64,000 nucleotides of DNA from Adineta vaga. Taxonomy: Eukaryota > Animalia > Rotifera. The DNA lies in the NCBI GenBank assembly GCA_021613535.1, contig CP075496.1:10788001-10852000 (forward strand), given 5' to 3'. Below are positions 12,798 to 26,241 of this stretch, in pieces (position 1 is the stretch's first letter; each line of letters starts with the position of its first letter). A model generated the notes under the pieces. The model worked only from the letters and a program-made list of their open reading frames with translations. It was not told where the DNA came from and did not search any database. A program made the translations under genes and the position numbers.

Positions 12798-14362
12798 ATG
12801 TCTAAATTACATGCTAATCAATCAAGAACTAATTTAAATAGTCTATTACCGATAACTAATGGTAGTAATAATGTGAAAGATTATTCTTCATTTGAAAAGT
12901 ATATTACATTTAATATTTTCGGAAAACTTTATCATGTCAAACAAAGCTTATTCGATGGCACGTCATTTGCTGAACAATTTTATGATAAAAATCGGCAACA
13001 ATATGTTATTGATATTAGTCCATTGATATTTGAAAAAATCTTAGAATATTATAAGACACAAAAATTAGATGAACCAACAAACATTCATATAGATTATTTT
13101 CTTGAAGTCTTAGAAAGCTTTCATATTGATACATCTTTATGGAATATCGATGCAAGATTCGAACGATCAATACCACGACAATCCACTTTTCAATTACTTC
13201 ATGTTCTATTAGAATATCCTGATTGTAAGTCATAAGTTCATCTAGTAAATTAAATTTTAAACAAAAGAAATCGAACTTAGCGTGTCGATTTGCTCGAATA
13301 TTACATTATATTTGTTCAATGGTAGCTCTATTGAGTTGTTTATTAGTTTCTCTTTCATTAACATTTCGTGATCCAAACATGGATCTTCATGTATGGAATA
13401 CAACGAAAATAGTATTGCCAACAAGATCTAAACTAGTCATTGCTCATTTTCAGCATCGTTCATCCAAGCTATTTATAATCGATATTCTTTGTCTTATTTG
13501 GACAATTGGTGAAATAGTCTTACGTTTATTATCAACTCCATCTCTATATACTTATTGTACTACATTAGGTTTATTTGATATTATTGGTAAATCATGAATA
13601 AATGAATAGATTAGATTATAGTTTAGAAATCGAAATTCTAGGTACAATTTTTCATTCTATTCATGTATTTATGATTGGTACTGGAATTAAATCACAGTAA
13701 GGAATAATTCATGTTCATATTCTATTTCTAATTTGTAGATAAAATTAGTCGATGTCATACAAATCCTATTGACGATATTCATCTATTCAGTTGTATCACA
13801 TTTAATCGTCGTTTAATGATTGTAAATGTTTTTCGTAAAGTACGTCTTGTTCGTTATATACGTCCATTGAAACATTTTCTCTTATCATTGTTTACATCGA
13901 AAAAAGAAGTATTACGTCTTATTGTATTAATTTCGTTTATTATCTCATGTCTTGCACCATTGATATTTATTATTGAAAGTATTTCGATACATCAATGTTT
14001 TGTATTAGCACATACACCAGTTAAATACTGTATTCAAACAATAAATGATGCATTTTATTATCTAATTCTTATTATATCAACTGTTGGGTAAAGAATTATT
14101 GGAAATGTGTACTTTGTAATTCCGACCTTTTTTGTCTTTGTATAGGTATGGAGATATATATCCTAGGTCACATGTTGCTCGATTTATTGCTATATTAGCA
14201 CCATTGTCAATGATGATGTTATCGGTACCTTTATCATCGATTTATAGTAAATATATTTCTCAACGAGAAATCTATCGGATGCAATTGATTATGCCAGAAA
14301 ATATACGATATCTTGTTTATAATGATGCTGAGTTTATTGAAAATTTGAAACAGTCGATATGA
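12798..14362 (+). CDS. Divergent Shaker-superfamily voltage-gated K+ channel subunit, multi-exon
   Basis: N-terminal T1/BTB-like region (FYDKNRQQYVID.SP.IFEKILEYY), hydrophobic TM segments, S4-like FRKVRLVRYIR, and pore ISTVGYGDIYP assembled across the intron at ~14089-14145. Confidence 0.8.
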
Positions 14363-14421
14363 CAGAATATATAAATGAAAATCTAAAACGCCTTGGTTAA
14401 ATCCATTGTTAATATTGAGAA

Positions 14422-14886
14422 TTAACAAGAACTCGTTGCTGCTATTGTACAAACAACAGCTCCTGATCTTGCTAAATCTGATGTATTAGATGATGATATC
14501 GAATGATAATCACGACGTGAACAATAACATGTATAACAGGCTTTGAATATTAAACTAAAAATGAATAAGCCAATGACAATGATAAATATTATTCCAGTAA
14601 TCGTTAGTCCATTTGATTTAGTATAACAAAGTCTATCTGTATATGTTCCACATCGATTATTTGCTACAAGAAAAAAGAGCGAAAGACAATAATTTTCCGA
14701 TTTATTGACACAGTATAGATTTTACTTGGACAACAATATGTCTTTGGATATATACCACATAATTTTCCTAAACGAAAGCTACAAATATCGACTATATTCA
14801 TCGTAAATTTCACCAGATAAACATGAATCTGTTGACACTTCAACTATTAATACGAATAGCAATCCAATCAAAATCTGTTGAGACAT
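14422..14886 (-). CDS. Small type I membrane protein with 6-Cys ectodomain (Shisa/WBP1/VOPP1-like architecture), 3 exons, 118 aa
   Basis: Exons 14886-14814, 14767-14726 and 14663-14422 give MSQQILIGLLFVLIVEVSTDSCLSGKLCGIYPKTYCCPTNNRCGTYTDRLCYTKSNGLTITGIIFIIVIGLFIFSLIFKACYTCYCSRRD...SSC*. This has a signal peptide, a C-C-CC-C-C pattern, one TM helix and juxtamembrane cysteines. Confidence 0.75.
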
Positions 14887-15888
14887 ATGAATTCTTCTAT
14901 CTTTCTGACGAGTTTAATAGATAATAAAAATACGCTGATAAAATTCAATGCTGATAAAGATATTCATCTATTATATAATGTCATACTTTATAGTGCGCAA
15001 TTCTATCCTCAATCTCATAAATATGATTTTACAGTTTACATAATAATAATTTTTGAAGCAGACATCTTCTTAAAGTTTGAAGACAGTCATTATTTTTTGT
15101 TTTTATAAGATTTCCGTTTGTTAGCAAATAATTTTTAATTTCGTCGATTACTTTTATGCATTTTCCTGACTATAGAACAATATAAGTCATCTTGAAAATA
15201 CGTCACCTGTTCTTCGTCAAATTATTGAACGTGAAGAGCACTATGCATCGTTAGCTAAGAATACCATTAAGTAATGTACTCATTTGTGTGCTTTACCTGG
15301 TCTAGTAATTATAATTTTCTTTTTGTTTTAGTTTGGAAATAGTAAAAGATCTTATTTATCGTGTTCTTCATCATTTTTTCAAATTTCTCTAACAATAATA
15401 ACAATTGAAATAGAGAATTGCATAGCACTGCCATTGACATCATAATTTTCAATAGAAAGAAAGAAAAGTTATTTACACACTACACACTGGAAGGTAACAA
15501 AGTCCAATAATTATGTACATAAACAAAAAACAAATTGAAAGAAAAAGAAAAGTTGGATAAAAAGAGAAAAACAAAAGACGCACAATATTTTTCTTTTTCG
15601 CTCATTCATACATCACCATCATCATTATTCAAATTAGTTGCCATAAAAGAATTGTTATGTCGAAAAAGTAAACAAATGAATAGGAAGAGATGTTGCTGTT
15701 TTTTCATAATCACCGAGTAAATGCAAGAAAAAATATAAATAATGAGATAGTAATATTGTGCTTATGAAAAGAAAATGTTCTTCTTTGATTTCTCTTTTTC
15801 TTCTTCGTAGCAATTTTTGGGAATTAACATATACGTGTAGCAGACACTTTAATAGTACCTGATGAAGTTGAGGGTGGTGGAGGTTTAG

Positions 15889-17897
15889 TTAATAAAGGTC
15901 TTTTTTGTTGTTGTTGTTGTGGTTGTTGCTGTTGTGGTTGATGAGTTCGAGTGATTGCAGTGTTCGAAAGGCTGTGGAAGAAATAGACGTTGTCGTAATT
16001 GTACGAGTTGGATTTATGGATGATGCATTCATTAAATCTTTAGCAGACGTTATTGTAAGTGGTCTCGTTAATCTTTGTAATTTTCCAACAGTTGTCGATA
16101 ATCGTGGTTTAACAGATACAGATGCGTTTGAGCCAGTACTTGTTCCACTAACAGCTCTTGTTGCTGGTGGAATTGTATCTGTAATGGACGTACTGATTGT
16201 GTTTGATCGAGTATTGATGGATTGTTCGCTACCAAATAAACGTTCAATAGTAATAGGTGGTAAACGTATAGTCGGTTCGAAATTTTGTGTCGAAGAATTT
16301 AGTGTTGTCGCAGAACGGTAACGCCATGCTGGTGCTGCTGGTCTCGCTTGATTATGAGATGTTTGTGGTGTCGATAAACTTAATTGAATTGGAAGATTTC
16401 CAACTGCAGTACCAATTAAAGAGATTTGTTGTTGTTGTTGTGTTGGAATTCGTTTTTCATTTGTTAAAGATGTTGCCGTTCTTTCTATAGACTGTGGTGG
16501 TATTTGAGATTTTCTTGGTGATGTTGGCGCAGTTGCATTATTAGGTATAGAATTTGTTACACGTAGAGGTGTTACACGTAATAAACTCGTTAATTTTACA
16601 TTTGGTTCAGGTGTAGAACGAAATGGTGAGGATGTTATACTTGTTTGATATTGTTGTGATGAATAATTTGTAGATGATCCTACTGGTAAGGATAAACGAT
16701 TTTGTGATAGAGGATGGGGTGGTAATGAAGAAGGTCGTAGTTTTCGTCGAAATACAACAGAATGTTTTGCACAAACTTGTTTTGCATACCGTTGTAATAA
16801 TGATTGTTGATCAGTAAGAAATTGTTGAAGGCAAGCAGATGCTAACGTACTGATTATATTGTCTTTTAAACATTTGATTAGAAATTGTGGATGTTTAGTA
16901 CGACCATATGTTGATCGATCAGACGAACAATCACCATTTTCATCATCATCATCGTCTGTATCAAATGAATCATGAGCATCATCACTAAAACGATCATCTG
17001 GATATGTATTAGCTGCATGAGCATCATCAAGATCATCTTCAAGATCAGAATTATTCGTCAATTCTGAACCTTCAATAGAATCAATTGATGAACGACCGGA
17101 TGCAGCATCATCATGAAGAGTCTGAAAGAAAAACAAAATGAATCTTAAACTCGATATAAAGTTTTTCAAATCATTTAAAAATTTTCTTTTTAACTTTCCA
17201 GTCTCCGAACCAATAAAACCACATCGTTCTATACGATTAATACTAATTGAAAGAAAAACTCGATGTACTCATCTTTCTTCGACTAAACTCAATAAATATA
17301 AATAATTAACATGTTTGTTTTCGGTTGCTAAGATTCCTTAATAGTTTTTTGTATTAGTTTTCTTGAGTCATAGAATGATATTTTACAACAATATTGAGCA
17401 AATTCAAATGAGTTTTTTTTAATAGAATAAAAATCGAAACGAATAGAAATTTTACCTTGAAAAATACTTTGTCGATTTCAACAGTTTTAATCTCTAATTA
17501 AAAGTTTAATAAGTTGTTAGAAAACATTCTCTAAACAACTTAAGTCTTATCTACATAGTTACATGAATTGACGTACTTTTTCTTGACTTTGATTTGTTTC
17601 ATTGAAATTATAACTTGACATTTTCAAATTACTCGATGATTGATCAAATAATAATGAGGATGATGTCGATAATTCTTGTCGATCAATAGGACAAATACGA
17701 CCACGTATTCGAAAATGTGGTTTACTTGACCATTCTTCACAAATTTTTTTTATATTCGAACGTTTAGGTGCTTCTTCACCATAGAGAACTGCAGCGATTT
17801 GATCAAATTCACGTCGTGATCGTCCACTAGTTTCACGAGCATCATCTTCATCATAACCAGACAACAAACTTGATCCACTTACTGAATGTGCACACAT
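15889..17897 (-). CDS. FAM149: FAM149-like (DUF3719) protein, 2 coding exons; C-terminus may extend to 15824
   Basis: SGYDEDD...REFDQIAAVLYGE...CEEWSSKPHFRIRGR resembles the DUF3719 motif (F..ID..LYE...EC..W...PH.RI.G), followed by a long S/T/P-rich disordered region. Confidence 0.65.
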
Positions 17898-19213
17898 ATT
17901 ATTTGCTAATAAAAGTTCTTTTCAATTATTTGAAAACTGAATAACGAAACTATGAAATGATAAAAATAAATAAGAAAATTTCTTCGAGAATAAATCTTCA
18001 TACATTCGTGTATTAATGAATAAAATCATAAATATTCACGACTACATGACGGCATGAAGAAAAAAAGTAATCTAAAGTAAAACCAAATGTGTGCATATAT
18101 TTCATAACAAATAACTTCTTCGAATCAAAGCAGACAAAGTCAGCATAACAATCGAACTACCAAGTCTTTGCTAGAAAAGACAAGAAATACATAGATAAAT
18201 CCAAAGTTAGAAATAGCAACGAATACAATCAAATGCACACAAAATGAAAATGTACGTTTGTATTCCGAGAAAAAATGATAAGAGATGTAAGAATAAAAGA
18301 AGGAATTAAAAAGTTTTGTTATTTAGATAAAAAAAGAATAGAGTTCATTGCGAATAAATTACGAAAGCAATATGGATAATCATTATAGACAAATTTTGTT
18401 CTTTCTGTCTGTTTTCTTTTCTTTTGTTTTTTTCTTCCCTGTCTTTCTTTCTCTCTCTCTCTCTTCACATTAAAATCAAACCTTTCACTCCTCGCTTCTT
18501 ACTCTTCAGTTTCCGAACAGAGAAAAGAAGTATGAGCGAGGTTTTTTCTTCTTCTTTCATTTTTTTATTCCGTAGTTTTTTGTTCTTGTCGTTTTCTACC
18601 GTTGAAATATGTGTTTACTTAATCCAAACAAGCAAGTAAACCATTGTTATGGTTCTTTTTAAAGAGACTACCTAGGACTATGGATGATCGATTTTAATAT
18701 TAGGCAAAACATAGAATATCTAGAAATAAATAAAAACTATAAGATTTACGTACGTTTTTGTTAAGTATTGTCTATCGAAGATTCTGACAATAGAGGTCGC
18801 ACGTTCTCTTGAATTTGTTCAGTTTTTTATTCAGATTCAGATAGTAATATTACTTATATGAATTAATCAGATCAGCATGTATTTTTGTTCGAAAGTATCC
18901 ATGACATAGACAGATTTGTTTGGAATAACATGGTCTGTTGATCTTGTAGGAAGAGCTTATCTGCTGTTCATATTTATTGTTGAACTTTTTACATCCGACA
19001 ATCTATTTCCTGTATATTTTCATATCAGTTATTGAACTATATATGCTTTTCTAACAGAATCTTTTCATCTGTATGTTTCGGAAATGTTTTCATTGATTAA
19101 TTTGATCTGAATAAAAAAACATATTTATTTTCTAATTGAATCAAGAATAGATATAAAAAAATCTTTCAATTTTAAAATTCCTTCTGCAATCAAATGATTC
19201 ATACTGTAAATCT

Positions 19214-21552
19214 TTAGGTTAATAATGCTTTTTGTATGTGTAAATCTAATATTGAATTATCTTTAAAACGAAATAGTGATTTTCCATGATCAAGACATGA
19301 TTCAATGTAGATAATTACAGGTATAAATGCAATAAATTCTAAACGATTGAATTTCATTGTTTTTATTTTTGGTAAAAGTATTTCTAATTCTCTTGTTATT
19401 TGATCATATTTACCATTTGTTGTTCGATTCATAATTAATGCAATAAGATTATCAAAATTTATAGTTGATGTTATAGGTGAGTAACGATTATCAAATTCAT
19501 CAAGTAATTCAAGTATATCATCACGATAATAATTAAAATCAACATCATCCAATAAAGAATTCCATATATGTGAACTAGATAATTAAAGTAAAGTAATCTA
19601 TTTGAATACGATGGATATTTCATCTTACTCTTGTTCTGCTATCATATCGACAAGTACTGCTGTAGTATAGAATTCTTGTAAACCAAAATAAGTAGAATCA
19701 CTCGTTATATCATATAACTACAATGATCAATATTCATTATTTTTCCTTTGGCATTCTTTTGTTCTACTTACGACACGGAAAAACGTTTCTTGTGGACGTG
19801 GTAAATTTGATGGTAAACATTTTTGTACTTGAGAATATGTTAGATGTCTAAACAGAAAACTTGATGAGATTTCATTATATATTCTGTTATATACCCATCT
19901 CGATCAGTATCAAGTTGTTGAAATAATCGTTTCAATTTATTACGATCTGCTTCACTAAGTAATGAGCCAACTATCATATGCTACCATTTCGTAATTCAAA
20001 AACAGTTATATGAATAGCTTTTGAGAAAATTAAAAAAATAAATATATACTTTGAGAGGATTATTTGATTTGATTGGTACTTGAGTAATTGTAGGAGCAAC
20101 AGTAGTTGATCGACTCAGAGAACTATCTGAACGATGTAATGTTGGAGATTTACATTTTAAACTTGCTTTTTGCGTAAGATTAGCTTTGATCATACGATCT
20201 TTAATTAATGGTAAATGTTGCTGATCAGCAAATAATGTAATGGAACGACGAGATGTATAGACTGGTAGAATTGGTGTTGGTTGTAGAACAGGTCGATTTA
20301 CATGAGTAGATGCAGTTGTATGAAATCGTCTAAAAGATAAAAATAAAATCATTTGATTACATACTTTGCAATTGAAACATACGATGTTTGTTGAATGTAT
20401 GCAGATGGCATTGTTCTAGTAACTATTTCCAAAAGAGATTTTATTGATTATTTTATATAGTATCAAGTAATTTACTTGATGATGATGGTTTTTTTGTCAA
20501 TGGAGGTAATTTCAATGGAGTTGTAGTAGACAGTTGTGATACTTTTTTGAATAATCTTGGCGACATTTGATTATTTGATGATGGTGCTTTACGAAGAATT
20601 GTCATAGAGGAATTTAATGGTTGATTTCCTTGTATTCGTTGCCCCATGAATGATTTCTAAGAAAATACAACAGTTAAATGTGATTTTTTGTTCTGTAAAA
20701 AGCATGTAAACACAGATCAAATTAAAGAAAAGTCTAATACACGCTCACCTACATCAACTAATTCTTGTACAGATGCTGTTGGATCATTTGTAGTCGATAT
20801 ATGTGAATTTCGTACTCTAGAATTTCAAAAGCAAGACCTTATTTGACTAGCGATAGTGATCAAAAATATGTAAATGAAGCATTGAATTATTTAACGAAAT
20901 GTACAAGCAATTCCAAGTGTTTTTTTAAATAAATATGCTCGAACATATATTTAAACTAAATATTTTTTATTGACTTTTTCACATAATATAAACAAATTAA
21001 ACTATTGCTTAAAAGATCGATTCGGTATGTAACGAATCAGAATGATTGACATGTCTTTCAATCGATGTTTTATTCTTACCTTGGATATACATTGTCGTAT
21101 ATTTTTCGATTCACATTATGAGTTAGACGTTTTGGTAATTGCAATAGAGTTTGATCAACTCTCGATAGTTTACATTTGGCAATCGCAGATGGGTAAACAT
21201 TTTTTGATAATAATTGTTGATTAGATGTCTTAGGACTAAGTTCAGAGCCGATTATTTCAAGTGCTGGTTTTTCACTTGATAGAATAGGAGGAATAGGACT
21301 TTGTTTATTTGGAGAAAATCGTTGACGATCAGTATTGATAGTAACATTTGAGTTGATCTAATTGAATAAAGAAGAATCAATTTTCGACATCATATATAAT
21401 AATTTTGTTTTGTTATTTACTTGGCTAGAACGTTGAAGATCATTTAACTAAATAAAAGTATTTGATTTTCCGAGAAAATAAAACGGACTTACTAAAGATA
21501 CACCAACAATAAATTCATGTTTAAACTGTTGATGAGAATCAATAACGTTCAT
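19214..21552 (-). CDS. Multi-exon EF-hand-containing protein with long S/P/T-rich N-terminus
   Basis: Spliced model starts at MNVIDSHQQF (21552) and contains KLKRLFQQLDTDRDG|HLTYSQV (EF-hand loop) plus degenerate EF-like helices (FGLQEF, FNRLEFI). Confidence 0.6.
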
Positions 21553-21905
21553 ATTCTTCTTCTTTTTTTTATATTAATGAAAACAATTTTGATCAACTTT
21601 CGATTATATTATCCCTTAATTTTCTTCTTCTTCTTTTCGTTTTTCTGATGTTATTTTATCGGGTACTTAAATAGAGAAGAAAAAGAGAAACGCAAGGTAA
21701 AAAATAGTCGAGAACGACTGAAAAGGAGAAGAAGACGAAGAAGAAAAAACCAATTTAAACATTGAAATTGACACTGATACAGCACACACACACACGCAAG
21801 CGTGAGTACAAACATTGTTAATGAAAAAAAAAAAGTAATAAAAGAAAAAAATCTATAATAACAATAACAATTGTTCGTGGAATAGTTTTTCTTTTCTCTT
21901 CTAAC

Positions 21906-23852
21906 TTAGAGATTCTGCATCATTTCGATAATGTCGTCTTTCTTTGGATTTTCTTCATTGGTTAAAGATGATTCCTTTTGATTTAATGAATCCGATATGT
22001 TCTTATTCGATTCAAGTTCTTTTTGTTTTCTATATTTAATTATTCGACTGCGGATAATATAAATAAGCCAGAACGGTTTTGTTGTTAGAAAAGCAACAAC
22101 AAGTGGTACAACAACTGCTTTCGTTGCATAAGGTTGAGGAAATGAATAGAATATAATCATAAAAGCAATACCAACATTTTGTATACCAGCTTCGATACCA
22201 ATAGTTTTAACATGAGTCCATTCAAGACCACATACATAAGCGAGTAAAGCACCACACAGAAAACCTAAATAAGGTAGTAATGGTGCTGTTAATGCTGTAT
22301 ATAAATCAATCATTTCAAATAAATACCAATTAACAATAGTACCGAAAATGAGAAAAAATATTAAAAGAAATAACATCATTGGTTTAACGAGTTTTTCGAT
22401 AATTGTACGAGTTCGTGGTGAATAATGACTGATAACAATGCCAATACTATATGGTACAACAACAAGTGCTAAAGTACGAATAAGACCAAGAAATGGTACC
22501 CGTATAGCTAATTCATCCATATAGATACGTCCAAATGTATAAAAATAAAGTGGCATCATTACAAAAGATGACGCAGTCGATACAAATGACATCACAGCAG
22601 ATAAATTAACATCACCATCGAATAAAAGTGTCCATTGATTTGAAGCACCACTACCTATGTAAAAAGAAACATTTTCATTTTCTTCTTTTTAGAATACAAA
22701 CAATCGATTCTACCTGGACAACAACCAATCACAAATAGAGCAAGACTATATAATGGTGTATAATTAAATAATTTAGCTATACCCATTGCTAAGAATGGCA
22801 TGAGACCATATTGAGAAATAAATCCAATTAAAACTGCTTTCGGTTTTTTCACTAAATGAATTAAAACTTTCGTATCCAATAATATACCCATTTGTATCGA
22901 AATTAGAATAACTAGAAAAGGCATAAAAATAAGAAATGATTTATCTATAATTCGTTTTGGTTGTATAACAAGAATATTGAGTTTCCATGTTCGTGTCGAT
23001 ATGGAATCATCTTTATGAAAAATATCCAAAATAAAAGTTACAGTTGTTTCATCCATTCGTGTACTTTCGATAGACCATAATAAATCAATTTTTAATTGAT
23101 TTTGTAAATTAATTAATGTAGGCGATGGATAAGCATTAAAAACATGACCAAGTACATTCTTTCTAGGCACTATTAATAAAATAATATCTTATAAACATTT
23201 TACAAGTATACTTTTATAGGCATATTATTTTTTTGAAGAAAATTACATTTACGAGGTCAAATTGTAAAGATAAGAATGCAAAAAGAGTTATGTAGATGTA
23301 TATCGAATTATATCGCACGATCGATCGAAGAAATGAAACTCATCTATCATTTTTGAGAAGAATTGTAATGACAATGAATGTAACGAATAGATTTAATCAT
23401 CGAGAAATGTACCTATACTCATGAAAGGCTTTACATAATCGAAAGTACGTACTCTCAGGTCAAAAGTTCAGTTTTGTCTATATGAAAATGATCAACTTAC
23501 AAATGAATAAATCTTCAAGTAAAATATGACTTGAATTATTTTGATTGATTGTTTTTGTTGGTACAAGAACTTCTTTTTGAATATGAACAACTCGTTTATC
23601 AGTTGATTGAATTTGAAATTTAAATCCTATAATATCTTGATCACTGGTATTTTCTTTTCGATGAAGATCATCTGGATTAATTCGTATTGAAATATAACGT
23701 GTTTGAAAAAGTGGCAATTGATATGTTTTCTTCATATATAAATTCAAATTTTCAATATCTTGATCATTCTTATCATTCGTGTTCTTAATATTGATTTCCA
23801 CACTATGAACATATGTAAGAATATGGATAATTAATATCAAATACTTGATCAT
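21906..23852 (-). CDS. SLC10 sodium/bile-acid symporter family protein with signal peptide and extended N-terminus (SLC10A3/A5-like layout)
   Basis: GFISQYGLMP, IGCCPG|SGASNQWTLLFDGDVNLSAVMSFVST and TIGIEAGIQN are SBF-family motifs. Confidence 0.9.
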
Positions 23853-24603
23853 GCTTTGCTCCTGTATTTCGTTTGATAAATATGTCGTTGCGTCTTTTTG
23901 TCTTACTAGTATCTTATCGTATAATATACTTTCTTTCTGTTTTTTATCCTATTTTGTTTTTTTTTGTTGTAAAGCGAAGCGAAAAAATATGTGCACTGAG
24001 AGAACGACAAGAAGATAATAAAAAGAGGTAGAGTTCTTTTAGCGATATCAAAAGTTCATCGTGTCCGACATAAACAACTTACGTGTCTTTATATATATAT
24101 CAAATTCGTTTGTTATGTATTAAATAATGATGAATATTAACCATCTTTAAATGAATATATGACTAGATATTAAGATAAAGTAACAAATAGTTCAGTAGCA
24201 AAAAAAAGAAATTATAAACTAATGAATGATTTCTTAAATGAATATCTAAAGTGTACGATAGTTTTAACGATATAGTTCAATATATAAGTATTCGGTTTTT
24301 CTATTGTAATTTCATTTCATACCTTCGTGATAGGTTTTCATATTCTCATACGATACTGTTCTTCATCTTTTATTTCAAATCGATCGAATAAAATTATAAA
24401 TATCGAAATTTGTGATGAATATATGTATATGTATATATATATACAGTTTCATACACGATAAAACTAGTTAACAGATAAAATACAAATAGATGATTCATAA
24501 AAATAATTTCCTTGTAAAAATTTGTCATTCTTATCAGTTTGCTTATAAATTCATCGTCGCTTCATTCTCGCTCCTTAGATAAAAAAAGTCGAATCTTGTA
24601 ACA

Positions 24604-26241
24604 ATGGCTACATCAGTTGTATCGAAAGATTCATTAAAAATTCTACTGGTCGGTGATTCTAATACCGGTAAAGATTGCTATGTACGAAGACTTCAACATG
24701 GAGTACTCACCGATTCAGATCCCAAAACAGTAATATCTTCTGTCGTTGTAAATTTACATTGATTAGTTGCATTCTTACTAGAACAAATGTTATACTATAT
24801 CAATTCAAATAAGAATTGTTGAAAATACGAACGTCTCAGTTCAACTGACAGTAATGAAAAGTTATGTAAGCATACTTTTTTAAAATACAATAACAGTTGT
24901 TTGTAGAAAATTCCTGGTTCGAAACGAGGAAGAACTGAGATACAAAAATATTTTAAAACTATGGATGGATTCATTGTAATGTTTGATGAAACTTGTCCGA
25001 CAACTTATGATAATGTAATCGGTTGGGCTACAGACATTCGGAAAATCAATAGTTCCAATGATGCACCTTTTATGGTATTAGCTAATAAGGTTTGTCTAGC
25101 TAAAAGATGATAATTATCCTTTTTTATGTTATTGATTATTTTCGTTTTCACTTTACAGTGTGACCTTGAACAAAATCAAGAGATTGATCTTACAGAAGAT
25201 TCTGTGGCTTTTTATTGTGAGGCAAATTGTTTCCATTAGCATTTTGAAACATCAACTACGCAAAATATCAATATTGAAGAATCCATTAAAACGCTTTGTC
25301 ATGAAGTAAAGATGTCACGATATTAATGTTATTTTCATTCGTATATTTTAGATTATTAGACGAAAACAATTACCTCCAGATCCATTACCCGCACTGGAAA
25401 TTGAAATTCAGGAATATACATTAAAAGTTGTAGTCATCGGAGATGTGAATACGGGAAAGACAGCGATTATTCGACGATATGTAGATAAAACTTTCTCAAC
25501 AGCCTATCGAACAACGGTATGTAATCTTTATCTATTAAATATCCAATTTAATAAATCGATCATTACAGATAGGGATGGATTTAGCTTTTAAAAAGATTCG
25601 GTACAGAGAGAACGTTATCATCAATCTTCACATATGGGTTTATAGAAAAATGTACAGATTACTGTTTACAGTCTGATTTTACTTCTATAGGATATCGCTG
25701 GTGAAGAACGATTTCATGGTGTGATGCCATTGTTCTATCGAGAGACTGCCGGATGTCTAATAGTTTATGATGTTACCAAACCATTGAGTCTAACGAGGGG
25801 TGCAGTAAAATGGAAGAATGATTTTGATCAGAAGATCAATTTTTCTAACGATACACCAATACCATGTTTATTGATTGGCAATAAGGTAAATCGTTTTCTT
25901 ATCATAAAGAAAATAAATTAAATATAATATTTTAGTGCGATTTGACAAAAGACACAATTTTTGAAAGTGATAATCTAATAAATGAATTGTGCCAAACGCA
26001 CAAATTTGATCAATGTTATGTCACATCGGCGAAAAATAATACTCATATTGATGAAGTATTCTCATCTCTTCTCGATAGAGTAAGAAGGTAATACTATAGA
26101 AGAAGATATTTCCTTAATATTCACATGTAGATAATGGAAAATATTGATAGTGGAAAAGTTAGACGACGAACTATTTCTGCTACTTTACAACCAACAGAGA
26201 CATCACCATCGAAAATAAATCTGGCAACTTGTTGCAATTGA
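24604..26241 (+). CDS. Tandem two-domain Rab-like GTPase (degenerate N-domain + Rab32/38/29-like C-domain), 9 exons, in-frame TAG at 25237-25239
   Basis: Domain 1: KILLVGDSNTGKD, KIPG (degenerate G3), LANKCDL, FETST. Domain 2: KVVVIGDVNTGKT, YRTTIGMD, WDIAGEERF, IGNKCDL, TSAK and a C-terminal CCN prenylation motif. All 8 introns are phase 0. Confidence 0.8.

Noticed and set aside
14340-14510. Apparent extra plus-strand Kv C-terminal exon (QELVAAIVQTTAPDLAKSDVLDDDIE)
   Set aside because: Better explained as the antisense of the last exon of the Shisa-like gene; it would need implausibly short introns.
15905-16490. Plus-strand ORFs of 138 and 67 aa
   Set aside because: Antisense shadows of the S/T/P-rich FAM149-like exon, with no independent motifs.
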